Assembly: GCA_032251215.1 (NCBI GenBank)
Contig: JAVVFA010000001.1
Coordinates: 1 to 61,218 of the forward strand
Source: Candidatus Izemoplasmatales bacterium
Lineage (GTDB): Bacteria; Bacillota_I; Bacilli_A; Izemoplasmatales; Hujiaoplasmataceae
Direction: 5' to 3'
Length of the DNA stretch: 61,218 nucleotides
Position 1 is the first letter of the stretch. Each line of letters opens with the position of its first letter. Under the pieces are notes generated by a model. It searched no databases. It was not told the DNA's origin and was given only the letters and a program-made list of their open reading frames with translations. A program made the position numbers and the translations under genes. Shown one piece after another: positions 18,831 to 28,162 of the stretch.

Positions 18831-18856
18831 AAAAGCGCTGAAAATTCAGCGCTTTT
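18831..18856. terminator. Bidirectional intrinsic terminator between convergent thpR and guaD
   Basis: Perfect 11-bp inverted repeat AAAAGCGCTGA / TCAGCGCTTTT with a 4-nt loop; the A/T runs form part of the arms. Confidence 0.75.
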
Positions 18857-19334
18857 AATATAATTCTTTGTTTTTCTCTTGATATTCTTTGAAAAGGGTA
18901 AGACAAGTTTCTCGTTCTTGTTCTTCAAACTCGAGAATGTTTTTGTTTTTACGATTGGTTTCAATAAATTTGTAGATAAAGTCATCTCTAAAACCAATTT
19001 CATCAGCGTCGCTTTCGATGCAACCGTAATAAACTTTTTTGATGTTTGCCCAAATAATAGCACCTAAACACATCGGGCAAGGATAAGCTGTGGTATAGAG
19101 TGTGCAGTTGCTTAGGTCATGGGTATTTAAGGCTTTTGTGGCTTTTCGGATAGCGTTAATTTCAGCGTGAGCTGTTGGATCGTGATCTTTTAATACGGTG
19201 TTTGATGAAATAGCGATAACTTTGCCAGCATCATCGATGATTAGGGCGCCAAAGGGTCCGCCAAAGTCTAAATTCATCGTCGTTCTAGCTTCGTTAATTG
19301 CTAGTTGCATCAACTCTTTATGAGTGTTTTTCAT
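18855..19334 (-). CDS. guaD: Guanine deaminase (CDA-fold, GuaD-type)
   Basis: 159 aa. Zinc motifs HAEINAI and PCPMCLGAI. Collinear, by recollection, with B. subtilis GuaD. Confidence 0.75.
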   Translation of the reverse strand: MKNTHKELMQLAINEARTTMNLDFGGPFGALIIDDAGKVIAISSNTVLKDHDPTAHAEINAIRKATKALNTHDLSNCTLYTTAYPCPMCLGAIIWANIKKVYYGCIESDADEIGFRDDFIYKFIETNRKNKNILEFEEQERETCLTLFKEYQEKNKELY

Positions 19335-19498
19335 GCAAATCTCCTTTAATAAGATTTAAAGTGTATTACTATTATAATGAATTAATTAGTATTTGTAAAC
19401 AAACAGACAGGAAATATACGCTAATAATCAAAATATTTTTTATTTTATGTTATAATTTAATTAAAGAAGAAGTGCATTAGAAAGGTAGAGTGAGGTAG

Positions 19499-20254
19499 AT
19501 GAAATTTGTTACTTGGAACGTTAATGGTTTAAGAGCTGCAAGAAAAAAAGGGTTTGACGATTTCTTCCATCAAGTTAACGCTGATATCTTCGCGATACAG
19601 GAAACGAAGATGCAAGAAGATCAAAAAGAATTTAACTTTGAAGGTTATCATGAGTATTGGAATTCAGCTGATAAAAAGGGTTATTCTGGTACTTTAATAT
19701 ATACTAAAAAAGAACCGAAAAAGATTGTTTATGGTATTGATGGTTTAGGTTATAACGATGAAGGCCGAATCATTACTTTAGAATATGATAATTTTTATTT
19801 TGTGAATACGTATGTTCCTAATGCTCAACCTGAGTTAGCAAGACTTGATTATCGGATGAAATTTGAAGATAATTTTAGAGATTATTTAACGAGATTAGAT
19901 CAGGTTAAACCGGTGATTTTATGTGGTGATTTAAATGTAGCTCATAAAAAGATAGATTTAAAAAACCCAAAATCAAATGAGAAGAATCCGGGTTTTACCA
20001 TTGAAGAAAGAACTAAGTTTCAAGCACTTTTGGACGCAGGATTTACCGATAGTTATCGTTATTTGTATCCTGATACAGTGAAATATACGTGGTGGTCATA
20101 TCGCTTTAATGCTAGAGCTAATAATGCGGGCTGGAGAATTGACTATTTTGTTGTGTCTAACCGAATTCAAGATAGAATAAAAGAAGTTAAATTATTGAAT
20201 GAGATTGAAGGCAGTGACCATTGTCCAGTCGAAATTGATTTAGATATAGTTTAA
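19499..20254 (+). CDS. xth: Exodeoxyribonuclease III
   Basis: 251 aa with WNVNGLRA, QETK, GDLNVAH and SDHCPV. RBS GAGGT. Confidence 0.9.
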   Translation: MKFVTWNVNGLRAARKKGFDDFFHQVNADIFAIQETKMQEDQKEFNFEGYHEYWNSADKKGYSGTLIYTKKEPKKIVYGIDGLGYNDEGRIITLEYDNFYFVNTYVPNAQPELARLDYRMKFEDNFRDYLTRLDQVKPVILCGDLNVAHKKIDLKNPKSNEKNPGFTIEERTKFQALLDAGFTDSYRYLYPDTVKYTWWSYRFNARANNAGWRIDYFVVSNRIQDRIKEVKLLNEIEGSDHCPVEIDLDIV

Positions 20255-20259
20255 AAAAG

Positions 20260-20949
20260 ATGAATCGTTTTATATTTAAGATAATTGCCGCTTTAACGAT
20301 GGTGATTGATCATATCGGAGTTATATTTTTAGAACCAGATACTTTATTCTATTCTATTTTAAGAATCATTGGTAGGATATCTTTTGTGTTATTTGCTTAT
20401 ATGATCGCAGAAGGTTTCCATAAAACTAAAGATATTAATAAGTACTTGATGAGATTAGGATTGTCAGCTTTAGTTTTAGAAGTATTTATTATTGCTTATT
20501 ACCTTTTTAGTGGTGATAATTTAATTTTAAGTTTTAATATTTTGTGGACATTATTTTTTGGATTATTGAGTTTATACTTATTCTTTCATAGAAATCCTTA
20601 TTTAAAAATATTAGTTGTATTTATTGTGCTTGGTAGTGAATTAATTGGTTTTTCTTACGGTGCTTATGGAGTACTGATGATTGCTTTCTTTGGCATTTAT
20701 CAAAATAAAGTCACCAATGTGTTACATTTAATATTTTTAAATTTATTGTTTATTGATCAACCGTTATTAGCTTTTATGAATTATCAAGAGTATGCTAAAT
20801 TCCCTGTGATACAATGGTTTAGTTTAGCCGCTGTTATTTTTATCTTTTTATATAATGCAAAGCCAGGAAGATACAAACTTAAATGGTTTTTTTATGCATT
20901 TTATCCTGGACATTTGCTAGTCTTATATTTGATAAAATTAATAATTTAA
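20260..20949 (+). CDS. TraX-family membrane protein
   Basis: 229 aa, polytopic, with the N-terminal MVIDHIG motif. Confidence 0.65.
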   Translation: MNRFIFKIIAALTMVIDHIGVIFLEPDTLFYSILRIIGRISFVLFAYMIAEGFHKTKDINKYLMRLGLSALVLEVFIIAYYLFSGDNLILSFNILWTLFFGLLSLYLFFHRNPYLKILVVFIVLGSELIGFSYGAYGVLMIAFFGIYQNKVTNVLHLIFLNLLFIDQPLLAFMNYQEYAKFPVIQWFSLAAVIFIFLYNAKPGRYKLKWFFYAFYPGHLLVLYLIKLII

Positions 20950-20962
20950 GGAGATGAACTTT

Positions 20963-22393
20963 ATGGTAAAAGTTTTTTATGCCGAAGAGATTAGAAAGAT
21001 TGAAGAACTCACATGTAAAGAAAAACAAATAAATATAATTGACTTGATGTATCAAGTTGGTTATGTTTTAACCAAGGATTTTTTATCAAGAGTAATGCCT
21101 GATGTTAATGCAAAAATTTTAGTAATAGCAAACATCGGCAACAATGGTGGCGATGCAATTGTGGTATTTCAAGAGTTAAAAAAACTGGGGTATAATGTCT
21201 TTTTGAGTGTCGTGGGCAATGAGTCGAAAGCAACTGAAGCATTTAAATATTACTATGATAAAATCGAAAAGAAAGACGAGATAATTGCTTTTATAGATAT
21301 TGAAAAAGAAATTACTTCATCAAAGCATATCATTGATGGGATATTTGGAATAGGGCTAAAAAAAGAGATTTCTGGAAAATTTAAAGATTTAATATTCTTG
21401 ATTAATAATGCTCAAAAAAACGTCTATGCAATCGATTTGCCAAGCGGAATTAATCCCGACAGTGGCGAAGTGATGGGTATAGCTTTAAAAGCAAAGTATA
21501 CTGGTGTGATTGGTAATTATAAGTTAGGTAATTTTTTGAATGATGCATTGGATTACCATGGAGAAATTAAATTATTAGATCTTGGCTTGCTGGAAGGCTA
21601 TAGTGATATCTATTACCTTGATTATAATGATATTGATATTTCAAGACTTAGAACACATAATTCAAGTAAATATGATTATGGCAAAATCGCATTTATCGGT
21701 TCTAGCAAAATGCCTGGTGCGATTAATTTAGCTGCAATAGCTGCACATAAATCAGGAATAGGTTTAGCTGATGTTTTCTATGAAGAAGAAATATTCCGAT
21801 ATAACATTGAAATTATTTATGACCGGTTAAATGAGCACCTGGATTATAGTAAGTATGATGTGTGTGTTTTTGGACCTGGCATTATTGATAAAAGTGATTT
21901 TTACCAAAAAATAATGGATGATTTGATAGAATCAAAGATAAAATTAGTAGTTGATGCCGGGGGTCTTAAATACCTTGATTACTCAAAGAAGTACGATAAT
22001 TTAATTATTACACCGCATCTGGGAGAATTAAGTCAAATACTTAATCTTGATAAATCAGAAATAAGAAAAGATTCGATTAAGCATTTAAGGCGTTTAGCAC
22101 AAAACGGTATGATTTGTTTACTTAAGGGAGCGACTTCGATTATACAGGAAAAAAGATATACTTATTTAATGCAAGCTAAAAATACCGGATTAGCTACTGC
22201 AGGAACTGGTGATGTTTTGTCAGGAATAATTGGTGCTTTTTTGGTTGATGAAACCTTGTTTAATGCTGCAGTTAAAGGAACTATTGTTCATATGATAGCG
22301 GCTGATTATGCTAGAGTAAAACGTGGTGAAGTGAGTATGGTCGCGACTGACATAGTTGATAGTTTATATAAAGTTTGGACAAGAAAAAGATGA
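20963..22393 (+). CDS. nnr: Bifunctional NAD(P)H-hydrate repair enzyme (epimerase/dehydratase)
   Basis: ATG 20963 lies 9 nt after AAGGAG; ATG 20954 abuts the RBS. YjeF-N (NNGGDA) and YjeF-C (GTGDVLSG) domains. Confidence 0.85.
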   Translation: MVKVFYAEEIRKIEELTCKEKQINIIDLMYQVGYVLTKDFLSRVMPDVNAKILVIANIGNNGGDAIVVFQELKKLGYNVFLSVVGNESKATEAFKYYYDKIEKKDEIIAFIDIEKEITSSKHIIDGIFGIGLKKEISGKFKDLIFLINNAQKNVYAIDLPSGINPDSGEVMGIALKAKYTGVIGNYKLGNFLNDALDYHGEIKLLDLGLLEGYSDIYYLDYNDIDISRLRTHNSSKYDYGKIAFIGSSKMPGAINLAAIAAHKSGIGLADVFYEEEIFRYNIEIIYDRLNEHLDYSKYDVCVFGPGIIDKSDFYQKIMDDLIESKIKLVVDAGGLKYLDYSKKYDNLIITPHLGELSQILNLDKSEIRKDSIKHLRRLAQNGMICLLKGATSIIQEKRYTYLMQAKNTGLATAGTGDVLSGIIGAFLVDETLFNAAVKGTIVHMIAADYARVKRGEVSMVATDIVDSLYKVWTRKR

Positions 22394-23316
22394 ATTATGT
22401 CTATGGACCGATACCTTCAAGAAGATTAGGAAAATCTTTAGGAATTTCTCCTATTAGTAAGAAGACTTGCAACCTTTCTTGCGTTTATTGCATGTTGGGT
22501 TTGACTGATAAAATGACAAATGATTATGTCAGTGAATTTTCAGTTAAAGCGATAATTAATGAACTAAAAACTGTTTTAGATAAAATTATAGCAATCGACG
22601 TTATTACAATTGTTGGTGAAGGCGAACCAACGCTTTATGAGTATTTAGGTGATTTAATTGATCAGATTAAAGAAATGACTGATATACCTGTTGCGATTAT
22701 TACCAATGGTACAAGATTTACGGAGGAATTAGTTTATCAGGCTTCTCTAAAAGCAGATATTGTTTTACCTTCAATAGATGCATATGACAAATTATCTTTT
22801 AAGAAGATAAATCGTCCTCATAAAGCTTTAGTTTATGAGGATATTGTTAAAGCTCTTATTAAATTTTCTCATGAGTTTTCTGGAGAACTTTGGTTGGAAA
22901 CTATGATTTGTAAGGAGTATAATGATTCCGATGAAACAATTAAGGCTTTTAAAGAATTGTTAAAAGATATTAAATATGACAAACTTTATATTAATTCTCC
23001 AGTAAGACCACCGGCAATTGAAACAGTTAAATCAACGAGTCATGAACGATTAGAATTAATTTCGAAGGAACTAGGAGGAATCAATATTGATGTCTTGGCT
23101 GATCCTGATTTTTATTCTGATATAACGGATAGTTATCAGGCTATTCTTTCGATTATTAGAAGACATCCAATGAATCAATTTGAAATAAGTGCGTTTTTGA
23201 AAACAAGAGAATATGGCAATATCGATAAAATGTTTGAAGATTTAAGAAATAACGAGCATTTACAAGTAGTAAATTACAAAGGTTACGATACATTTCTTTT
23301 TAAGGTAGGTGAATAA
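22390..23316 (+). CDS. Radical SAM protein, function unknown
   Basis: ATG overlaps the nnr stop (ATGA); 308 aa. GPIPSRRLGKSLGI followed by the CNLSCVYC cluster motif. Confidence 0.75.
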   Translation: MNYVYGPIPSRRLGKSLGISPISKKTCNLSCVYCMLGLTDKMTNDYVSEFSVKAIINELKTVLDKIIAIDVITIVGEGEPTLYEYLGDLIDQIKEMTDIPVAIITNGTRFTEELVYQASLKADIVLPSIDAYDKLSFKKINRPHKALVYEDIVKALIKFSHEFSGELWLETMICKEYNDSDETIKAFKELLKDIKYDKLYINSPVRPPAIETVKSTSHERLELISKELGGINIDVLADPDFYSDITDSYQAILSIIRRHPMNQFEISAFLKTREYGNIDKMFEDLRNNEHLQVVNYKGYDTFLFKVGE

Positions 23317-23322
23317 GAAAAG

Positions 23323-23829
23323 ATGAAACATATAAAATATGAACCGCTGATTGACTCAGAAGCGTTAAACTTGGGGGCAGAAATTATCGGCGAAGTAATA
23401 ATTGAAAAAGATGTCAATATGTGGTTTAACGCCACTATTAGAGGCGACATGGCTAAAGTTACGATTAAAGAAGGAACTAATATTCAAGATAATGTTGTTG
23501 TTCATACCAATACAGATGCGCCGACTTATATCGGTAAAATGGTAACTGTTGGGCATAGCGCAATAATTCACGCGGCTACTGTCGGCAATTATTGTTTGAT
23601 TGGGATGGGGTCAATAATTCTTGATAAAGCAGTTATCGGTGATTATGCTTTAGTTGCGGCGGGAACCTTGGTTCCGCCGGGAAAAGTAGTACCGCCACGA
23701 ACTTTAGTTATGGGTAATCCGATGCGAATTATTAGAGAATTAACTGAAGAAGAGATTGAAGCTAATATTGAAAATTCAAGGAAATATATAAAACTTGCTA
23801 GAGAGTACTATGATGAAAAAAACAATTGA
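23323..23829 (+). CDS. Gamma-carbonic-anhydrase-like hexapeptide-repeat protein (YrdA/PaaY family)
   Basis: 168 aa. Left-handed beta-helix repeats and the NIQDNVVVH motif. Confidence 0.8.
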   Translation: MKHIKYEPLIDSEALNLGAEIIGEVIIEKDVNMWFNATIRGDMAKVTIKEGTNIQDNVVVHTNTDAPTYIGKMVTVGHSAIIHAATVGNYCLIGMGSIILDKAVIGDYALVAAGTLVPPGKVVPPRTLVMGNPMRIIRELTEEEIEANIENSRKYIKLAREYYDEKNN

Positions 23830-24397
23830 AAAAGCTAAGGATTATGTCAAAGAACTTCTTAGCGATGAAAGTACTGGACACGATTATTGTCATGCTTTAA
23901 GAGTTTATAATATGGCTCTTTATTTAGCTATCGGTAAAGATGTTGATTTGGACGTTATTTCTTTAGCGGCAATTTTACATGATGTTGATGATAAAAAAAT
24001 AGCTCCAAAAAATAGCCACAGAGCATTAGATTTTCTAAAAGAGCATGTCAGTGATGAAATTAAAGAACAAGTTACCAATATTATCGATAACATGTCTTAC
24101 TCCAGTCAAATAAAAGGTAGTGAATTACACACTTTAGAAGGTAAGATTGTTCAAGACGCCGATCGATTAGACGCATTGGGTGCTATTGGCATTGCGAGAT
24201 GTTTTGCCTATACTGGGAAAATAAACCGGAAGATTTATGATTATTCAATTGATGATGATTCGGGAATCGCTCATTTCTATCAAAAGTTATTTAATTTAGA
24301 TGCTTTGATGAATACATCAGAAGCGAGAATAATTGCGGAACAAAGAATAGAATTTATGAAAGAATATTTAAAAGAGTTTTTTAAGGAGTGGCGCTGA
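23810..24397 (+). CDS. HD-domain phosphohydrolase
   Basis: ATG 23810 overlaps the upstream gene end; 195 aa. HALRV...LHDVDD...DADRLDALG. Confidence 0.75.
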   Translation: MMKKTIEKAKDYVKELLSDESTGHDYCHALRVYNMALYLAIGKDVDLDVISLAAILHDVDDKKIAPKNSHRALDFLKEHVSDEIKEQVTNIIDNMSYSSQIKGSELHTLEGKIVQDADRLDALGAIGIARCFAYTGKINRKIYDYSIDDDSGIAHFYQKLFNLDALMNTSEARIIAEQRIEFMKEYLKEFFKEWR

Positions 24398-25818
24398 TGA
24401 AAGATAAAGAATATAGTGTTAAAGAGTTGATTTTAGGTTTGGATAAAGGAGATTTTACTTCGAGAGATTTAGTTGATTTTTATCTTGAGAGAATTATGAT
24501 GTTCGATAAGACTGGACCAGAATTAAATTCAATTGCTGAAATTAATCCTGAAGTTTATGAAATTGCTGATATCTTGGATAAAGAAAGAAGTCAGGGAAAA
24601 GTAAGAAGTAAATTGCACGGTATTCCGATCGTCATTAAAGACAATATTAATACGGCAGATAAAATGCATACTTCAGCTTCTTCAATTGCTTTAGAAAATT
24701 TCTACGCACCTAAAGATGCATTTATTATAAAAAAACTGAGAGATGCTGGAGTAATTATATTAGGTAAGGCTAATTTAAGTGAATTTGCTTATTTTATGAG
24801 TTTTGATAATATGCCTTCAGGATATGGATCACGTTTTGGTCAAGTCAAAAGTCCTTATAGTAAAAAGATTGACCCACTTGGTTCAAGTACCGGTTCAGCA
24901 GTAGCTGTCGCGAGCAATCTTATTGCTTTATCAATCGGAACAGAAACTAATGGATCTTTAACAGCACCAGCTAAAAACAATTCTATCACGACGATTAAGC
25001 CAACAATAGGAATGGTCTCAAGATCAGGAATCATTCCAATATCTCATCATCAAGATACTGCTGGACCTTTAGGCAGATCGATTGAAGACTGTGCTTTTTT
25101 AGTAGATGAAATTTATGGTTATGATGAAGACGATTTGTATACAAAGAATATTGAAGGGAAAAGTTATAATTTTGTTAAAGCTTTAAACCGAGATATTAAA
25201 GGAAGCAAGATTGGTTTTGTCAAGTATACTAATTGGGATTATGCTGAAGAAGAACTTAGTATTGAAGAAGAAGCTAAAAAGCTTTTTAAAAATCAAGGTT
25301 GCGAAATTGTTGAATTAAAAATTGAAAGTAAAGATATGCCTAATCATATTACTTTAATTTATGATTTTAAAGTTGAATTAAACCATTATTTAGCAAAATA
25401 TAAACCTGATAATATCAGAAGTTTAAAAGATTTGATTACCTTTAATAACCAAGATACGAGAAACCGCTTAAAGTATGGCCAAAGTATCTTTACAGCTTCA
25501 GAAAAGACCAGTGGGGCTTTGACTGAACCTGAGTATCATAAAGTTAGAAAAGAGCTTTTAGTTACTGCGGGTGAGTATTCAAGATTAATTAAGGAAAACA
25601 ATCTCGATGTCTTAGTTTCCGTTAAAAGAACATCGCACGCACCTATTTATGGAAATCCGGTTATCGGTATTCCTGCAAAAGCTTTAGTGGATGATGAGCC
25701 AAGAAGTTTATTCTTTATCGGTGATAAATATTCAGATGAAAGCATATTAGCATTCGCTCATTTATATGAAAAGACGACAAAGAAACGAATTAAACCAGAT
25801 TTAGAAAATATTAGATAA
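24397..25818 (+). CDS. Amidase-signature family amidase
   Basis: ATG lies 8 nt after AAGGAG and overlaps the HD gene stop; 473 aa. IVIKDNI and GSSTGSAVAVA motifs. Confidence 0.85.
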   Translation: MKDKEYSVKELILGLDKGDFTSRDLVDFYLERIMMFDKTGPELNSIAEINPEVYEIADILDKERSQGKVRSKLHGIPIVIKDNINTADKMHTSASSIALENFYAPKDAFIIKKLRDAGVIILGKANLSEFAYFMSFDNMPSGYGSRFGQVKSPYSKKIDPLGSSTGSAVAVASNLIALSIGTETNGSLTAPAKNNSITTIKPTIGMVSRSGIIPISHHQDTAGPLGRSIEDCAFLVDEIYGYDEDDLYTKNIEGKSYNFVKALNRDIKGSKIGFVKYTNWDYAEEELSIEEEAKKLFKNQGCEIVELKIESKDMPNHITLIYDFKVELNHYLAKYKPDNIRSLKDLITFNNQDTRNRLKYGQSIFTASEKTSGALTEPEYHKVRKELLVTAGEYSRLIKENNLDVLVSVKRTSHAPIYGNPVIGIPAKALVDDEPRSLFFIGDKYSDESILAFAHLYEKTTKKRIKPDLENIR

Positions 25819-25860
25819 AAAAAAGGCCTAACTTTTCAATTAAGTTAGGTCTTATTTTTT
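25817..25860. terminator. Bidirectional intrinsic terminator (amidase gene / maltodextrin operon end)
   Basis: A8 run, then a 10-bp stem GGCCTAACTT / AAGTTAGGTC (one G-T pair) with a 7-nt loop, then TTATTTTTT. Confidence 0.8.
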
Positions 25861-25872
25861 AAAATTAACTAA

Positions 25873-26436
25873 TTAAGCAACTACAGGGATTAAAGCTAAA
25901 GCTCTAACTCCGTCTTCGAATTCAGCAAATACGATGTAGTATGTGCCAGCTTCAAAAGCGATAGGGTTGTCATTCCAACCACCAGCACCGTCAACGTTTT
26001 CTTCAACAAATGGAGGGATGTATAATGTTTCTGGTGTTAAGTTTACAATTTCACCAGATTCAGGACTTTGTGCCCACCAATCTCTAGCGTCTGGATCTCC
26101 AGCTGTAGTTCTAATAACTTTTACAGTTAAGTTTCCGTCAACAGTAGTTTCAGTTCCGTCGATAGTGTAAGTTGCTGTCCATCCAGCTTCAGTAGCAGGA
26201 AGTGTAGCTTCTAATAAATATAAAAATTCAACTCCACTTAATTCGCCTTTGATAGATGCAACTCTGTCATCGTTTTTAGCGATAGCAACCATTTTACCAG
26301 CTTCAACAGTATCCCAACCATTGAAGTTACCAGTTGCATAGTAATCTTTTTCAGCGTTAGCTAATGGTTCGCTTGAACAAGCTACTAAACCAAAAGAAAA
26401 TACTAAAGCTAATAATAAAACTAATAATTTCTTCAT
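25873..26436 (-). CDS. Small surface lipoprotein, putative alpha-glucan-binding module
   Basis: 187 aa. Signal peptide with lipobox LVAC. Aromatic-rich mature part with YYATGNFNGWD. Has its own consensus promoter and sits last in the maltodextrin gene string. Confidence 0.6.
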   Translation of the reverse strand: MKKLLVLLLALVFSFGLVACSSEPLANAEKDYYATGNFNGWDTVEAGKMVAIAKNDDRVASIKGELSGVEFLYLLEATLPATEAGWTATYTIDGTETTVDGNLTVKVIRTTAGDPDARDWWAQSPESGEIVNLTPETLYIPPFVEENVDGAGGWNDNPIAFEAGTYYIVFAEFEDGVRALALIPVVA

Positions 26437-26482
26437 TTTTCTCTCCTTATATATTTTAAATTTTTATTTAAAACTTATCATT

Positions 26483-26511
26483 ATTATATCACTGTGATGT
26501 TTTTGTGTCAA
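26483..26511 (-). promoter_or_regulatory. Sigma-A-type promoter for the lipoprotein gene
   Basis: On the minus strand: TTGACA, 17-nt spacer, TGATATAAT (consensus -35 plus extended -10). Confidence 0.7.
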
Positions 26512-26538
26512 TTGATTTAACAGTTTTCACAAAAAAGA

Positions 26539-26552
26539 TGTAACCGCTTTTA
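26539..26552. promoter_or_regulatory. LacI/CcpA-type operator candidate
   Basis: TGTAACCGCTTTTA matches the site at 31945-31958 (read on the minus strand) at 12/14 positions. It has one mismatch to the cre consensus TGWAANCGNTNWCA. Confidence 0.4.
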
Positions 26553-28148
26553 TTATTTTAAAATTACGGAAGTATAAGCGCCAATTGTCAAGGTTTGACC
26601 GCTTAAACTGGCGGAGTTAACTCCAACGTATGCGCGGATGGTTTCAAATTCATGATTTGTGTAATTGCTTAAGTCAATGACTAATTCTTCGTCGCTTAAA
26701 TTATGAAAGACACCGACAGTTGAATTTTCATATGTTGATAGGAAACCACCGAAGGAATAATAACCGTTAAAGATGATCGGTGTATAGGTTCCTCTGGCAA
26801 TTTCGGGATTGCTTTTGCGGATCATTATTAATTTTTTATAATGGTTCAACAGACTTTCTGAATCTTTTAATTGTGACTTAACGGTACCGTTGGTTTGATT
26901 TTCTTCATTGTAAGTAGTTCCAATCGGATCTTCAACTGTATCCTTATCGCCCCAAAGCATTGCTAGCCTTTTGTTAGCGTCTGTCATTTCGGTCGTTCTT
27001 GACCCCTTCATCCCGATTTCTTCACCGTAGTAGATGAAAGGATTTCCATAGGTCAGTATGTAAAGATTCGCTGCCATCTGCATTTCATAATCATCTAGAC
27101 TTAAATAACCTGCTGAACGGTTCATATCGTGGTTGGAGATGAAAGGAGTAAGAATTGCTTCCGGATTATAGTTTTCAACTAAATTGCGGTAATTGTTAAG
27201 ATAAGACACATACCAATTAACATCATCTAAACCTTGAGCAACCAAGGAAACAGCACCTTGAAGTTGTGACATCCCGAAATCGAAGTTGCTGAAGGATTCG
27301 TAATATGGAGCGATTAAACTGTCTCCTGACCAAACTTCACCGATAATATAAGTATCAGGATTGATGTTTTTGCATTCTGTGACAAACCAATTCCAAAAAT
27401 CAATATTTTTATCATCTTCATTTAAGTAAGGGTATTTAGCAGCATCCAATCGGAAACCATCAACGCCTAAGTCATACCAAAAACTGACGATATCGACGAT
27501 TTCTGCTCTTACATCAACGCTATCAAGATTAAGTTCAGGCATGCTGGAAGAGAAATTGCCTTCGTAGTAATATTCTCCAGTAAAAGGATAATAGATTTTA
27601 CCAGGTTCTTTTTCCTCTTTAGTTACTAAAACATAGTAATCAAGATATTTACTATCTAAATCACTTGCCTCCATAGCTTGTTTCGCCGCTTTAAACCAAG
27701 GGTGTTGGTTTGAGGTGTGATTTAAAACCAAATCAATTATTACATAAACATTTCTTTCTTCAGCTAAATCGAGAAACTCTTCAAACTCTTCTAGAGTTCC
27801 ATATTTTGAGTCAATTTCTTTATAATTTGTTACATCGTATTTATGGTAACTAGGGGAGGGCATGATTGGCATTAACCATAATCCCTCAATCCCTAAACTT
27901 TTACCACTATTGCTGTCACCGTCATTAAGATAATCAAAGCGGTTAATCATTCCTCTGATATCACCGATACCATCGTCATTACTGTCGGAAAAAGAACCGA
28001 CAAAGATTTCATAATAGACGCGGTATAAGTCATCAGGTTGATTAGCAAGAAGTAATGGATCTTCAATTTTATATTCTCTCATTGAATTACATGACATTGC
28101 TGTGAAACTGAATAAAAGCATTAGTACAATAATCAGTATTTTTTTCAT
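26553..28148 (-). CDS. GH13 alpha-amylase-family lipoprotein
   Basis: 531 aa. Lipobox AMSC. GH13 regions DLVLNHTS, GFRLDAAKY, GEVW and FISNHD. Confidence 0.9.
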   Translation of the reverse strand: MKKILIIVLMLLFSFTAMSCNSMREYKIEDPLLLANQPDDLYRVYYEIFVGSFSDSNDDGIGDIRGMINRFDYLNDGDSNSGKSLGIEGLWLMPIMPSPSYHKYDVTNYKEIDSKYGTLEEFEEFLDLAEERNVYVIIDLVLNHTSNQHPWFKAAKQAMEASDLDSKYLDYYVLVTKEEKEPGKIYYPFTGEYYYEGNFSSSMPELNLDSVDVRAEIVDIVSFWYDLGVDGFRLDAAKYPYLNEDDKNIDFWNWFVTECKNINPDTYIIGEVWSGDSLIAPYYESFSNFDFGMSQLQGAVSLVAQGLDDVNWYVSYLNNYRNLVENYNPEAILTPFISNHDMNRSAGYLSLDDYEMQMAANLYILTYGNPFIYYGEEIGMKGSRTTEMTDANKRLAMLWGDKDTVEDPIGTTYNEENQTNGTVKSQLKDSESLLNHYKKLIMIRKSNPEIARGTYTPIIFNGYYSFGGFLSTYENSTVGVFHNLSDEELVIDLSNYTNHEFETIRAYVGVNSASLSGQTLTIGAYTSVILK

Positions 28149-28162
28149 GAATATCGTCCTTT

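Noticed and set aside
19335-19498. Possible purine riboswitch in the guaD/xth divergent intergenic region.
   Set aside because: I could not find the conserved purine-riboswitch loop and junction sequences or a three-way junction. The region is simple AT-rich promoter DNA with an extended -10 (TGTTATAAT, 19448-19456) for xth.
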